A stretch of DNA of 64,000 nt from Acidobacteriaceae bacterium (GTDB lineage Bacteria > Acidobacteriota > Terriglobia > Terriglobales > Acidobacteriaceae): NCBI GenBank assembly GCA_035933805.1, contig DASYYO010000279.1, positions 233 through 64,232 on the forward strand. Direction: 5' to 3'. Of this stretch, positions 50,443 through 60,800 are shown piece after piece. Made by a program: the position numbers and the translations under genes. Below the pieces are notes generated by a model. The model saw only the letters and a list, made by a program, of their open reading frames with translations, was not told the origin of the DNA and searched no databases. Position 1 is the first letter of the stretch. Every line of letters begins with the position of its first letter.

Positions 50443-50575
50443 TTTCAAACATTCTACCGTTATCGCGGGCCCATTGCTCCAATAGATTCGGGCAGGGAGC
50501 CGCCGGGAAGGCGCGAAGGAAGACATTCCCTCGCGGAGCTGGCGATGGAGTCAGGCCGGTACGCGCTTTTTCGCC

Positions 50576-51913
50576 TTATGAGCGGTAGCTGCGCTGGTAC
50601 ATCCGGGTCAGGCGGTCGTGCCATCCGAGGCGGTCTGTATCAAACCATGCCCAGGCGAAGCCAAGGCCCAGGGGAGCGGCGGAGAGCAGGAGAAAGAGGA
50701 TCCGGCGGCGCATGGCTTTGCGGGTCGGATTCTCGTCGTCGAAGGTGCACAGGGCGATCTTGGCGTAGCGCATCCCCGGCGTGCCCTCGGTGAACCGGAA
50801 GAAGATGTATTGATACAGAAAGAAAAGACCGGCAAGCACCACCCCGGCCGCGACCCAGGCAGGTTTGCCTGTAGGCGGATGAGCGGTACACGCAGCAAAG
50901 ACGATGACGAAAACGACGAACGCCAGCGCGACGAGAGCCAAGTCAAAGATTCCGGCCATAAGGCGGTCTTCGAGCGGCGCCGCCTGGAGCGGCAGCTCCA
51001 GGGCGGACGAGTGCTCTTGGCCGGCGAGAGAGGCGGGTTGGGCATCGAGCCGGATAGAAGACCAATCGGACACGGCGGCGTCAATCTTTACCGCCCGGGA
51101 GATATTCTCGGCCTCCACCTCAAAGATCCGGAGCTGCGCTTCAGCCTGACCCGCATCCTGGAGATCCTCCCGCAGCGGACCTTCAGCAAGACGGGGGCGC
51201 GCTTTGCGGGTGGCGACGAGCTCGCGAGGAAACTCAATCAGGTTGACGGGCAGCGGCTGTGCAGGGGCGACGATGGCGTCTTCCAGCGAGTCGAAGCCGG
51301 AATGCGGGGCAGACTCATGGGCGGGAGACCATGCCTGCCCGCGTGCTGCATCGGACGCAAGGGCCTGCGACTCCGAGCCACGCCGGTTTTGATCCGGCGA
51401 ATGGATGTCCTTGACCACAGCCTTGAGCGCCGGCTCCGGCCTCGCTTGTTCTCCGGCGGGCTCAAGCCCTGCGAGCAGCGTCTGCGCGGCGGCGCAGGCT
51501 TGCTGTGCAGCGGCTACCGCGGCTTCGGCCGCTGCAGCGGCAGCGCGCGCGTCCGCGGCGAGGATTTCCTTGTAGGAGGGCGCGTTGGCGTAGCGCTCCG
51601 CTACTTTGGCGGCAAGACGCGAGGCGCGCGAGTCATTCTTTGAAAATTGATCGAACTCGGGGAGAGAGGGCTGGTCTGCTCCTCTGCGCCCGCGGCGAGC
51701 ACGCGTCGCCTGCAGGCGCTCGTTCAGCTCATGCTTCCATGCGGGAGCGTCGCTGGTGTGATCTGCGGCAAGATTCAAGTCAACGTTCGATGGTGAAGTG
51801 CTCAATGCGAATTCCTCACTCGGCTCTGAAGTCGTGCCCTCTTGGAGAGGAAAAAGAAGCTCGGGGTGATGCATCTGCGTCTGTAGACCACAGGGGATCG
51901 GGGAGACGGACAC
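50576..51913 (-). CDS. RDD-family membrane protein with long Ala-rich N-terminal extension
   Basis: The C-terminal third has the RDD architecture (GIFDLALVALAFVVF...GTPGMRYAKIAL...LGWHDRLT). Confidence 0.7.
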   Translation of the reverse strand: MSVSPIPCGLQTQMHHPELLFPLQEGTTSEPSEEFALSTSPSNVDLNLAADHTSDAPAWKHELNERLQATRARRGRRGADQPSLPEFDQFSKNDSRASRLAAKVAERYANAPSYKEILAADARAAAAAAEAAVAAAQQACAAAQTLLAGLEPAGEQARPEPALKAVVKDIHSPDQNRRGSESQALASDAARGQAWSPAHESAPHSGFDSLEDAIVAPAQPLPVNLIEFPRELVATRKARPRLAEGPLREDLQDAGQAEAQLRIFEVEAENISRAVKIDAAVSDWSSIRLDAQPASLAGQEHSSALELPLQAAPLEDRLMAGIFDLALVALAFVVFVIVFAACTAHPPTGKPAWVAAGVVLAGLFFLYQYIFFRFTEGTPGMRYAKIALCTFDDENPTRKAMRRRILFLLLSAAPLGLGFAWAWFDTDRLGWHDRLTRMYQRSYRS

Positions 51914-52039
51914 ACGTTTCTTCGTTCATTGGAAAGACCCAATGGCGGCGAGGGAAACGAGTCAGTTGATGGCCAGAGCGATGATACGGACCAGCGCCTC
52001 AGGGTTGAGCTATTTGCTATGCTAAGTTCGCCCCTGGTA

Positions 52040-54565
52040 ATGAGAGTCCGCACCTTTTTGTTTATCACGGCGTTACTTCTCTGTCATCTCAACCTTTGGC
52101 CTCAGGCGTTGACCAAGCAGCTTCCCCTCGATGCTTCGGGAGACGCGGTTCCGCAAGAGGCTTCAGACGCGGAGAAGACGGGCGCAAACGCAGCGGCATC
52201 GTCGGCGGACTCTCTCCCCGATGCGCCGGGGTTTCCGATCGCCGAAGTGGTTCCCGCGCCTCCCTCGGGCGCTCCTGTTCGTTTTCAGTCTGACCGCATG
52301 GAGAAGCACGGCAACGTCTACTCCCTGACCGGCCATGTCCGCATCGATTACAAAAGCTACACGCTGCTCGCCGACAAGGCGGAGTTCGATCAGGACAGCA
52401 GCAACGCCGAGGCGGAAGGGCACCTGGAGCTGGAAGGCGGTCCCGACGATGAGGTGATCACCGCCGATCACGGAACCATGAATCTCGATCTGCACACCGG
52501 CCAGTTTTACAACGTGGTGGGCACGGTGGGCGCGCGCCCATCCACGGGAAGGCGCAAGCTGGTCTACACCACAGACAATCCCTTCATCTTTACCGGACGC
52601 GTAGTGATCAAGGAGGGCCCGCTCAGGTACCGCGTGATCGACGGCACGATGACCTCCTGCCGGCTGCCGCGTCCCGACTGGCGCATCCTTTCCTCCTTCA
52701 TCGAGGTCAGCGACGGCAAGGCGAAGGCGAAGAACAGCCTTTTCAAGCTGCTCGGGATGCCGGTCCTCTACCTGCCCTATGTGACCCATCCCGTGGATAC
52801 GGCATCGCGGCAGAGCGGGTTGTTGATTCCCATCGTCGGCGACTCGAATACGACGGGGATTGTCGTTGGAGACCTGGTGTATTGGGATATCAATCGCAGT
52901 ACCGACGCCACCTTCGGAACAGAGTATTTTTCAATGCGCGGATGGTCGCCGCGCGGGGAGATGCGATATCACGGACAGGGCGAGGACTTCGCCAATTTTC
53001 ACTTTGTCGCGCTCTTCGACCGTGGATTGCCGCCCAACAATCTCAACCAGGGCGGGGTGGACGTGGTGTTCAACGGCCGCCGCGACTTTGATCCGGACGG
53101 GCATACGCGGCTGGTTGCCGCGGGCGAATATCTGAGCTCCTACGTCTACCGCGAGGCCTTCTCCGAGTCGTTCGCCCTGGCCGTCGCCTCCGAGGTTGAC
53201 TCCGCGGGCTTTCTCACGCACAACGAAGGCGGCTTCTCGGAGAGCCTGCATTTCGACCGGTATCAGAACTTCCAGGGCATCACCCAGGTCGGCAACGGCT
53301 ACTACACGCCGCAGATTCGCATCTTGCATCTGCCGACGATCGATCTGGATTCGATCGACCGGAACTTCGAGAGCACCCCGGTTCGCTGGGGTTTCGTGGG
53401 TTCCTTCGGAGGAGTGAGCCGGAGCGAGCCGGATTTCAGTTCGGGGACGGTTGGCCGCTTCGATCTCTATCCGCATCTTTCGATGCCTTTGCATCTGGCG
53501 GGCTGGACCTTCCGGCCGGAGGCGGCCGCGCGCGAGACTTTCTATACCAAGAGCCAGATTCCAACCAGCTCCACTCCGCTCGAAAGCAGCGCGAGCCTCA
53601 ACCGCAAGGATCTCGAAGCGGGCTTCGAGATCCGCCCGCCGGCGCTGGTGCGGGACTTCCGAGCCCCGTGGATGGAGCGGATCTTCGGCAGCGACGTACG
53701 GCACACCATAGAACCCCGCGCCGAGTACAAATTCGTCGCCGGCATCGATGACTTCTCCTCCGTTCCGCGTTTCGACGCGATGGACGTGGCGAGCGACACC
53801 AATGAGGTCGACTATGCGCTGACGCAGAGGCTGTTTCTCAAGCACCTGCATCCCCATCCATGCACCAATTCCGAGCTGCCCGCGCCGATCAACGGCATTA
53901 TCTATGTGCCGTATACCTACCGGGAGTGCGGCGGGGATACCTCCGAATGGATCAGCTGGACGGTCGGCGCGAAGTACTTCTTCGATCCCAGCTTCGGCGG
54001 CGCAGTGTCCCCCTTCCGGCGCAACGTGCTGGACACGACGCTGGACCTGACGGGAGTCGCCTTTCTCGGAGGTCCGCGCCACTACTCGCCGATCATCTCG
54101 CGATTGAAGGTACGCACCAGCGAGCTGATGGATATCGAGTGGGACGCCGACTATGACATTAAGGAAGGCCGCATGGACGCAAGCAACATCTTCGCCGACT
54201 ACCGGCGCAACGGCATCTTCGGCAGCGTGGGCTACTCCACCCTGCAGGCGCTGAACGCCTCCTTTGATCCCAAGCTCGGCGACCAAGTGACGAAATACAG
54301 TCTGCTTCGTCTTCTGGGAGGCTTTGGGAATCCAGCCAGGCCGGGGCTGAGCGCCGGGGTCAGCGCCGGTTACGATGTCAATGAAAATGCGCTCCAGTAC
54401 GGGGGGATTCAGACGGCTTACAACTGGGACTGCTGCGGGGTGAACGTGGAATACAGGCGGTTGGCCCTGGGCTCGGTGCGGAACGAGAATCAATATAGCT
54501 TCAGCTTTACCCTCGCCGGGATCGGGCAGGCGGGGAACCTCAGGCACGCGGAGCAGATTTTCTAA
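52040..54565 (+). CDS. lptD: LPS-assembly outer-membrane protein LptD (OstA family)
   Basis: Lies in ORF 51929..54565; the likely start is MRVRTFLFITALLLCHLNLWPQ (signal peptide). OstA-like N-terminal domain (FQSDRMEKHGNVYSLTGHVRIDYKSYTLLADKAEFDQDS) and a large beta-barrel with a C-terminal adjacent Cys pair (NWDCCG). Confidence 0.8.
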   Translation: MRVRTFLFITALLLCHLNLWPQALTKQLPLDASGDAVPQEASDAEKTGANAAASSADSLPDAPGFPIAEVVPAPPSGAPVRFQSDRMEKHGNVYSLTGHVRIDYKSYTLLADKAEFDQDSSNAEAEGHLELEGGPDDEVITADHGTMNLDLHTGQFYNVVGTVGARPSTGRRKLVYTTDNPFIFTGRVVIKEGPLRYRVIDGTMTSCRLPRPDWRILSSFIEVSDGKAKAKNSLFKLLGMPVLYLPYVTHPVDTASRQSGLLIPIVGDSNTTGIVVGDLVYWDINRSTDATFGTEYFSMRGWSPRGEMRYHGQGEDFANFHFVALFDRGLPPNNLNQGGVDVVFNGRRDFDPDGHTRLVAAGEYLSSYVYREAFSESFALAVASEVDSAGFLTHNEGGFSESLHFDRYQNFQGITQVGNGYYTPQIRILHLPTIDLDSIDRNFESTPVRWGFVGSFGGVSRSEPDFSSGTVGRFDLYPHLSMPLHLAGWTFRPEAAARETFYTKSQIPTSSTPLESSASLNRKDLEAGFEIRPPALVRDFRAPWMERIFGSDVRHTIEPRAEYKFVAGIDDFSSVPRFDAMDVASDTNEVDYALTQRLFLKHLHPHPCTNSELPAPINGIIYVPYTYRECGGDTSEWISWTVGAKYFFDPSFGGAVSPFRRNVLDTTLDLTGVAFLGGPRHYSPIISRLKVRTSELMDIEWDADYDIKEGRMDASNIFADYRRNGIFGSVGYSTLQALNASFDPKLGDQVTKYSLLRLLGGFGNPARPGLSAGVSAGYDVNENALQYGGIQTAYNWDCCGVNVEYRRLALGSVRNENQYSFSFTLAGIGQAGNLRHAEQIF

Positions 54566-54840
54566 AGCCGTTTGCGGGCGCAGGACGGCGTTTTCAGAAC
54601 CCGGGCTTCTTTACGCGTTTCTCCTCTGTGAGACCGGCCGATGTATGTATGCCGAGCACTCATCCATCCTCGCTCAACGTTCAAAACCATTCGATTGAAA
54701 GACCTCTTGATAGACCCATGTACGCCCGCCTTCGGCGAACGAACGAGGGGCGCCCGACCCGGTTTGGGTGACGGGGAGATCTGGGCGGCCTGCTGGCGGG
54801 CCGCCGCTGGACACGACAGCGGGAAAAACTGTCTAATAAA

Positions 54841-55830
54841 ATGTATGCGCGAAAGGTGGCCTTCTTGTCTTTGATCCGACCCCTTGTTCTTTGCCTGCTG
54901 GTTGCGCTTGGTGCAGGCTGCAAGGCTCAGAATGCCGCTCCCGCCGCCCCGATTCCCCTTACCCCGCAGCTCCACCGGCGAATTGAGGTGCTGGTGCGTT
55001 CGCAGTTCGAAGTGCCCCCGAATGTGGACGTAACCATCGGGACAATCAGCAAGAGCGAGTTCCCTGGCTATCAGACGCTGCCCATCACCTTCTCAGGAAA
55101 GGGGCAGAGCTCGACGGTCAATTTCCTCCTCTCCAATGATGGCAACACCGTTGCGCGGCTGGAGAAGTTCGATATCAGCCATAGCCCGATGGAGATGATC
55201 ACCACCGAGGGGCGTCCCATACGCGGGGCTCCGGGGGCAAAGGTCACGATTGTAAATTTTGATGACCTGGAATGCCCCTACTGCGCGCAGATGCACGCCG
55301 AGCTCTTCCCGGCGACTGCCGACCGGTACAAGGGCCTCGTCAAGTTCGTCTACAAGGATTTTCCCCTGGTGGAGATTCACCCCTGGGCGATGCATGCGGC
55401 GGTGGACGCCAATTGCCTGGCGGAACAGAACGGCCAGGCCTACTGGAATTTCGTAGACTACGTGCACACGCATGCCAGCGAGATTACCGGAGCGGCGCAC
55501 GATGCGAAGCTGTCGGAGCAGACTCTGGATAAACTCGTCCATGAGGAGGGCCAGCGCTCCGGGCTGGATCTCGGCAAGCTCGACCGCTGCACCGCGAAGC
55601 AGGATGAATCCGCTGTGAGAGCCTCGATGAAACAGGGAGACGCACTCGGGGTGAACGGCACGCCGACGATGTTTATCAATGGAGAGCGGATCTCCGGGGT
55701 GCTGCCCCCATCCTTGCTGTGGACGGCCATCGATCGCGCACTGCGATCGGCTGGAGTGCAGCCGCCGCAGACGGCGGAAACTCCGGCGAATGCAGGCGGC
55801 AAGGCCGCCGAGGCCGCCCCAGGCAAATAG
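54841..55830 (+). CDS. DsbA-family thiol:disulfide oxidoreductase lipoprotein
   Basis: Lipobox LVALGAGC and thioredoxin-fold active site VNFDDLECPYCAQMH. Confidence 0.8.
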   Translation: MYARKVAFLSLIRPLVLCLLVALGAGCKAQNAAPAAPIPLTPQLHRRIEVLVRSQFEVPPNVDVTIGTISKSEFPGYQTLPITFSGKGQSSTVNFLLSNDGNTVARLEKFDISHSPMEMITTEGRPIRGAPGAKVTIVNFDDLECPYCAQMHAELFPATADRYKGLVKFVYKDFPLVEIHPWAMHAAVDANCLAEQNGQAYWNFVDYVHTHASEITGAAHDAKLSEQTLDKLVHEEGQRSGLDLGKLDRCTAKQDESAVRASMKQGDALGVNGTPTMFINGERISGVLPPSLLWTAIDRALRSAGVQPPQTAETPANAGGKAAEAAPGK

Positions 55831-55834
55831 AGAC

Positions 55835-55886
55835 GGCTGGGCAGCGGCAGGCCATCCGCCGGCTGGGCAGCGGCAGGCCATCCGCC
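55835..55886. repeat. perfect 26-bp tandem duplication (2 copies plus a 5-nt partial third)
   Basis: GGCTGGGCAGCGGCAGGCCATCCGCC occurs at 55835-55860 and again at 55861-55886, followed by GGCTG. It starts 5 nt after the dsbA-like stop. Confidence 0.95.
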
Positions 55887-55913
55887 GGCTGCGGAAGGAT
55901 CGAGGGAGAACGA

Positions 55914-57017
55914 TTGCTACGATCAGGGCTTCAACCCGTTTTACAACCAGCGGCCGCCGGTAAGATCTCGCGCGGATCCGCAGCCTGGGCAGGCTTCGCC
56001 CTGCTGACGACTCTCGTGGCGGCCGGCTGCAAGCACTCTTACGGGCCGGATGTGGCGGCCGTCGTCAACGGGCATCCCATCCAGACTGCGGACGTCGAAA
56101 AGTATTACCGCGACAACCTGGGGAGCACGCAGCAGCAGCCGAGCAAGGAGCAGGCGCAAGCCACGCGGCTGAACATTCTCCGCCAGTTGATCGATGACGA
56201 GATCTTGCAACAACGGGCAGCCAATCTGCACCTGGTGGCCACCGACGAGGAGGTGGACGCGAAGCTGGCGGAGATGAAGGCGCCTTACACCCAGGAGGAG
56301 TTCGACCAGCGTCTGAAGGCCTCCGGGCTGTCGCTGGACGATCTGCGCCGCCAGATTCGCCAGAACCTGACCTCGAACGAGCTGCTGAACAAGGAGATCG
56401 TCTCCCGAATCAACATCACCGACGCGGATATCACGAACTTCTATAACACCAACAAATCTCAATTCAATTTCATCGAGCCCAAGTATCACATCGCCGAGAT
56501 CGTGGTGACCACGCAACCGGCCAAGATGCAGCAGGGCCCAAACCTGCAGAACAGCAAAGCCGGCAGCGACGCTGAAGCGCGGAAGAAGATCGATATGCTG
56601 CACGGACGGCTGGAGAGCGGAGATGATTTCGCCAATGTGGCGATGAACTTCTCCGAGAGCACGAACGATGCGAGCAACGGCGGCGACATGGGCCTGATTC
56701 CGGAATCCAGCCTGCGCAGCGACCCCACGGTGTACGCCGCGATCTCCAAGCTCAAGCCAGGGCAGATGACCGACGTAGTGCCACTGATCCCTCCGGGGCA
56801 GAAGGCGCCCGCGGGGTACGCGATCTACAAGCTGCTGGAGATTGAGCCCTCAGGGCAGCGCGAGCTCAACGATCCCCGGGTGCAGCAGGATATCCGGCAG
56901 CAGTTGCGCGATGGCCGGGCGCAGCTCCTGCGCGCCGCCTATTACGAGATGCTGCGAGACCAATCGCAGGTAGAGAATTTTCTGGCTGAGAAGATCTTCA
57001 AGAACGGCGCGCAGTAG
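55914..57017 (+). CDS. SurA-like periplasmic chaperone / parvulin-type peptidyl-prolyl isomerase
   Basis: In frame with ORF 55719..57017. The proposed TTG start at 55914 precedes the lipobox LTTLVAAGC; the start is uncertain. SurA N-domain-like region plus a PpiC domain (DFANVAMNFSESTNDASNGGDMGLI). Confidence 0.7.
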   Translation: MLRSGLQPVLQPAAAGKISRGSAAWAGFALLTTLVAAGCKHSYGPDVAAVVNGHPIQTADVEKYYRDNLGSTQQQPSKEQAQATRLNILRQLIDDEILQQRAANLHLVATDEEVDAKLAEMKAPYTQEEFDQRLKASGLSLDDLRRQIRQNLTSNELLNKEIVSRINITDADITNFYNTNKSQFNFIEPKYHIAEIVVTTQPAKMQQGPNLQNSKAGSDAEARKKIDMLHGRLESGDDFANVAMNFSESTNDASNGGDMGLIPESSLRSDPTVYAAISKLKPGQMTDVVPLIPPGQKAPAGYAIYKLLEIEPSGQRELNDPRVQQDIRQQLRDGRAQLLRAAYYEMLRDQSQVENFLAEKIFKNGAQ

Positions 57018-57050
57018 CGCCATTCCGGCCTTGGCCCCGCCTCGCGGCTT

Positions 57051-57078
57051 CCCCGCGCCGTGAGCGTGCGGGGTTTCG
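57051..57078 (+). terminator. candidate terminator after the surA-like gene
   Basis: CCCCGCGC pairs with GTGCGGGG (8 bp including one G-U) around a 7-nt loop, followed by TTTCG. Confidence 0.45.
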
Positions 57079-57557
57079 CCGGCTTCTTGCCCCTGGGGCC
57101 CTGGCGAGGGGCTCCGGTGCAGATTGCCCTCATCGACTAGCGCGGCTACCACCTCTTCCACCCGAAGGAGATTTGCCAGGACGGGCGGCGGCGAGGATGA
57201 GGGGGAAGGCACTGCTACCTGCAGCGGCCGCACCCATGACACGAGGGGCTGCCTGTCCTCGAACGCAGGTGGTTCTGAGAGGCTGGAAGACGCCTGGCGC
57301 CGCCGGTGCATTCGCTCGTCAACCCCCTGCCCAAATCACCGGTTCGGCTGGTGAAGGATCTCCTGCAATCTCCAACTGAGTCCCCGGCGCTTCGCAGCCA
57401 TCCCAACCGAAAAATAGCAGAGAGGCCCGATAGAAAGAACCTCGGCCGATATTTGCTTTTGCAGGACAAAGATTCTGTCATATCAGATCTTCGCCGGATT
57501 AAATGGCCGGGACGCAGGGGCTCCCTCTCCGCGGAAACGGAAGACGCTAAAAAACTC

Positions 57558-57588
57558 TTGACATCTCAGGCGATGGATATTGTATGGT
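57558..57588 (+). promoter_or_regulatory. promoter-like element, copy 1 (TTGACA-N19-TATGGT)
   Basis: TTGACA at 57558-63 and TATGGT at 57583-88. It belongs to a roughly 95-nt module repeated 203 bp downstream. Confidence 0.4.
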
Positions 57589-57760
57589 GGGAGCCGTTTG
57601 CACGCAGAAACAGCGGCCCGTCGGCAAGTCTGTCTCAATGAAAGGTTCAATTACGGATGGAGATTGCGGTGAGGTGCTTTGAGGGAAAACCGGCATTCGT
57701 CACGGATGATCCGGGAAACAGGACGATCCCCCCGATGTAAGCGTCTGACATTCAAAAGTC

Positions 57761-57791
57761 TTGACAACTCAGGCAACGGGTGTTGTATGGT
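57761..57791 (+). promoter_or_regulatory. promoter-like element, copy 2 (TTGACA-N19-TATGGT), about 70 nt upstream of the TBDR start
   Basis: TTGACA at 57761-66 and TATGGT at 57786-91, with the same spacing and flanks as copy 1. GAGAGG Shine-Dalgarno at 57850-55. Confidence 0.45.
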
Positions 57792-57859
57792 GGGAGCGAT
57801 TTCCACCACAAGAGACCCCCGGCCCTTCGGAAAACCTTTTCCTTAAATGAGAGGCCCAT

Positions 57860-60800
57860 ATGAAACTGAAGATGATAGACGTAAAGAATCAACTGCATGT
57901 GCATAAGGTAAGTGCCGCGCCGCGGTGGCGGCGTCGCATCGGAATGCTCCTGTCGACCCTGGCGCTGTCTGCTGCATGCTTCGCGCAGGTCGAGCGCGCG
58001 ACCATTACGGGAACGCTGACCGATAAGAACGGAGCGGTTGTCCCCGGGGCAACGGTCCATGTCATTCAAGAGAGCACGAACGAGACGCAAAATCTGCAGA
58101 CGGATAGCGCCGGGGAATACACGGCCAGCAACCTGACGCCCGGCAGTTACACCATCGAAGCGGAAAAGGAAGGCTTCACCAAGCGGCTCTATAAAAACTT
58201 CGTCGTGCAAGTCGGCCAGACCGCGCGCCTGGATATGGTGATGGATGTCGGCTCGGTGACTCAGTCGGTGGAAGTGACCGGGGCCGTTCCCATTCTTCAG
58301 AACGAGACTGCCTCGGTCGGGCAGGTGATTACTCCGACGGCCGTGCAGCAGTTGCCGCTCAACGGAAGAAACATGACGCAGCTGGCGGTGATCGCGCCCG
58401 GGGTGACCGGATTGAACTATGCGCCGACCAATACCATCGGGTCCGGAATAAGGCCAGATGAATTGCGGCCTGGCGGTACGACCATCGAGGCCAATGGCGC
58501 GCGCGACAGCGCGAACAAATTGCTCCTGGACGGCGTGGACGACACCGAGATGATCGCGCAGACGCAGATCGTGCGTCCGAGCGTCGAGTCTCTTCAGGAA
58601 TTCAACATCATCACCAGCAATGCCGGTCCGGAATACGACCGCGGCGGCGGCGCTATTCTGGTCACCAGCACCCGTTCGGGCTCCAATGATCTCCACGGCT
58701 CGGTCTACGAATACATCCGCAACTCCGCGGTGGATGCGAAGAACTATTTCGTTACAGCCAACACGCCCATTCCGCTCTACCGGTTGAATGATCTCGGGGG
58801 AAGGCTGGGCGGCCCGATCAAGCGGGATCGGGCGTTCTTCTTCGTGAATTACGAAGGGTATTTTGAGCAAGCCGGAGGAACCCAGGTCAGCACTGTGCCG
58901 ACCATGGCGGAAAGGCAAGGTAACTTTCAGGGTGTCGCGAATATCTACGATCCGCTGACGACGGTTCAATCCGGCTCAACCTACAAGCGGACCCAGTTTG
59001 CCAATAACATCATTCCGGCATCGCGGTTCGATCCGATCGCATATCAATTGGTCAACGCCTATCCGTTGCCGCAAACCGCCGCGCTGGTGAATAACATTGT
59101 TACCTACCCGATCAAGAAGAGCAATGATAACCGCGGCGACGCCCGCGTGGATTACCAGATATCTCCAAGCCAGACCTTCTTTGCGCGCTACTCGATCGAC
59201 GATACGCAGATAAAGATGCCGAATACGTTCAACGACATCATCGGCGGCAACGAGGGAGCCTTTTCAGGCCCGGAGGCAGCTCGCGGGCAACAGGGAGTGC
59301 TGGCCTATAACAAAGTCATCAGCTCGAATCTTGTCGGGGAATACAGGTTCGGGTTCAACCGGTTCAGCCTGTTTCTCCTGCCGTCCCCATTGACGTCTCC
59401 GATCTGGGCCGAAATTCCAGGGAGGACGACGATCCCCGGCTTTTCGCCGAGCGGTTCCGGTCCGGGCCCGGTGGCGCCCATCATCAGCCCAGCCGGCTTC
59501 GGGGGGATGGGCAACTCGCGATCCGAGCCGTTGATCCGGCGTGAACATCTTTGGGAAAACATCGGGGATATCTCCTGGCAGAAAGGGAAGCACAACTTCA
59601 AATTCGGCATCGATACGCTTCATCATCTGATCAGCGAGAGCGACTCGCCTCCGGGACAGAGCCCATTCGGGCGCTTCAATTTCGACAGCAATTTTTCGAA
59701 CAATCCAGCGTCTCCGACGGGCACGGGCAATTCCATGGCCTCGTTCCTGCTCGGTTTTCCTTCGGCCACGGTACGCGATCTGTTTCTTCCCGGAACAGCG
59801 CATGTCTTCGCTGACGAGTACAACGTCTTTGCCGGCGATATCTGGCGTATTACGCCGAAGCTGACTCTCAATATCGGGCTTCATTACGAAGTCGATACGC
59901 CGTATGCCGATGCCCACGATTACTGGGTCAATTTCAATCCAGTCAATGCTGCGGTTGAGATTGCCGGCAAAAATGGCGTTTCGAAGACGGCAAACTGGCA
60001 GACGGACTACGGCTCGATCGGTCCGCGTGTCGGCTTTGCCTACACGCTGGATGCAAAGACAGTCTTCCGCGGCGGCTATGGAGCATTCTATGATCCCCAG
60101 GCAAACGCTGGAACGACGATACGCCAGGAGAGGCAATGGCCATTCGATCTGGTCTATGCACTTTCTCCGGGCTCGCTCTTCCCGTCCAATACGGTCTCTC
60201 AGGGGTTCCTGACTCCGGCGCAGATTCCGGCCGCTACCTTCGCCAACCCGTTCGGCACGCTGCAGGGAATCGACCACCATTTCAAGAACGCCTCCACTCA
60301 GCAATACAATTTGAGCGCCCAGCGGCAGTTAACCGGACACTCCTCGTTCACGATCGGGTATGTGGGCGCTATCAGCCGGCACTTATCCTGGCATAATCCC
60401 ATCGATCAGCCGCTTCCGGGGCCGGGTAACATCCAGGCAAGGAGAGAATATAATTCCGAGTATCCCAACGTAACCGCGATCACTTACCTTGAGTCGGTTG
60501 GCGTGGGATCTTATAGTTCGCTGCAAACCAGCTTCCAGCAGCAGTTATCCCATGGGTTCTTCCTGACCGCGAACTACGTCTGGTCGCATACGTTCGACAA
60601 TTCTCCCTCGGACGGAGGGGCGGATGGTCCGATTCCCCAGGATCCGACCAACCGGAACGCGGACTATTCCTCCTCGAACAACGACATCCGGAACCGGGTG
60701 AACGTCTATGGGACCTATGAGCTGCCGTTCGGGCCTGGACGGGCTTTCCTCAACAGCAATTCGTTTCTGAACCGGTTTGTCGTGGGCGGCTGGCAGGCCA

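Noticed and set aside
55835-55893. CRISPR-like array
   Set aside because: There are only two directly abutting 26-bp copies, with no spacers and no cas genes. It is a simple tandem duplication.
57600-57760. Cobalamin or TPP riboswitch upstream of the TonB-dependent receptor
   Set aside because: GGTGCTTTGAGGGAAAACCGG superficially resembles the cobalamin AGGGAA..GGTG core, but no GCCACTG B12 box is present. CTGAGA at about 57275 lacks the remaining TPP-element motifs. Only a covariance-model scan could revive this idea.
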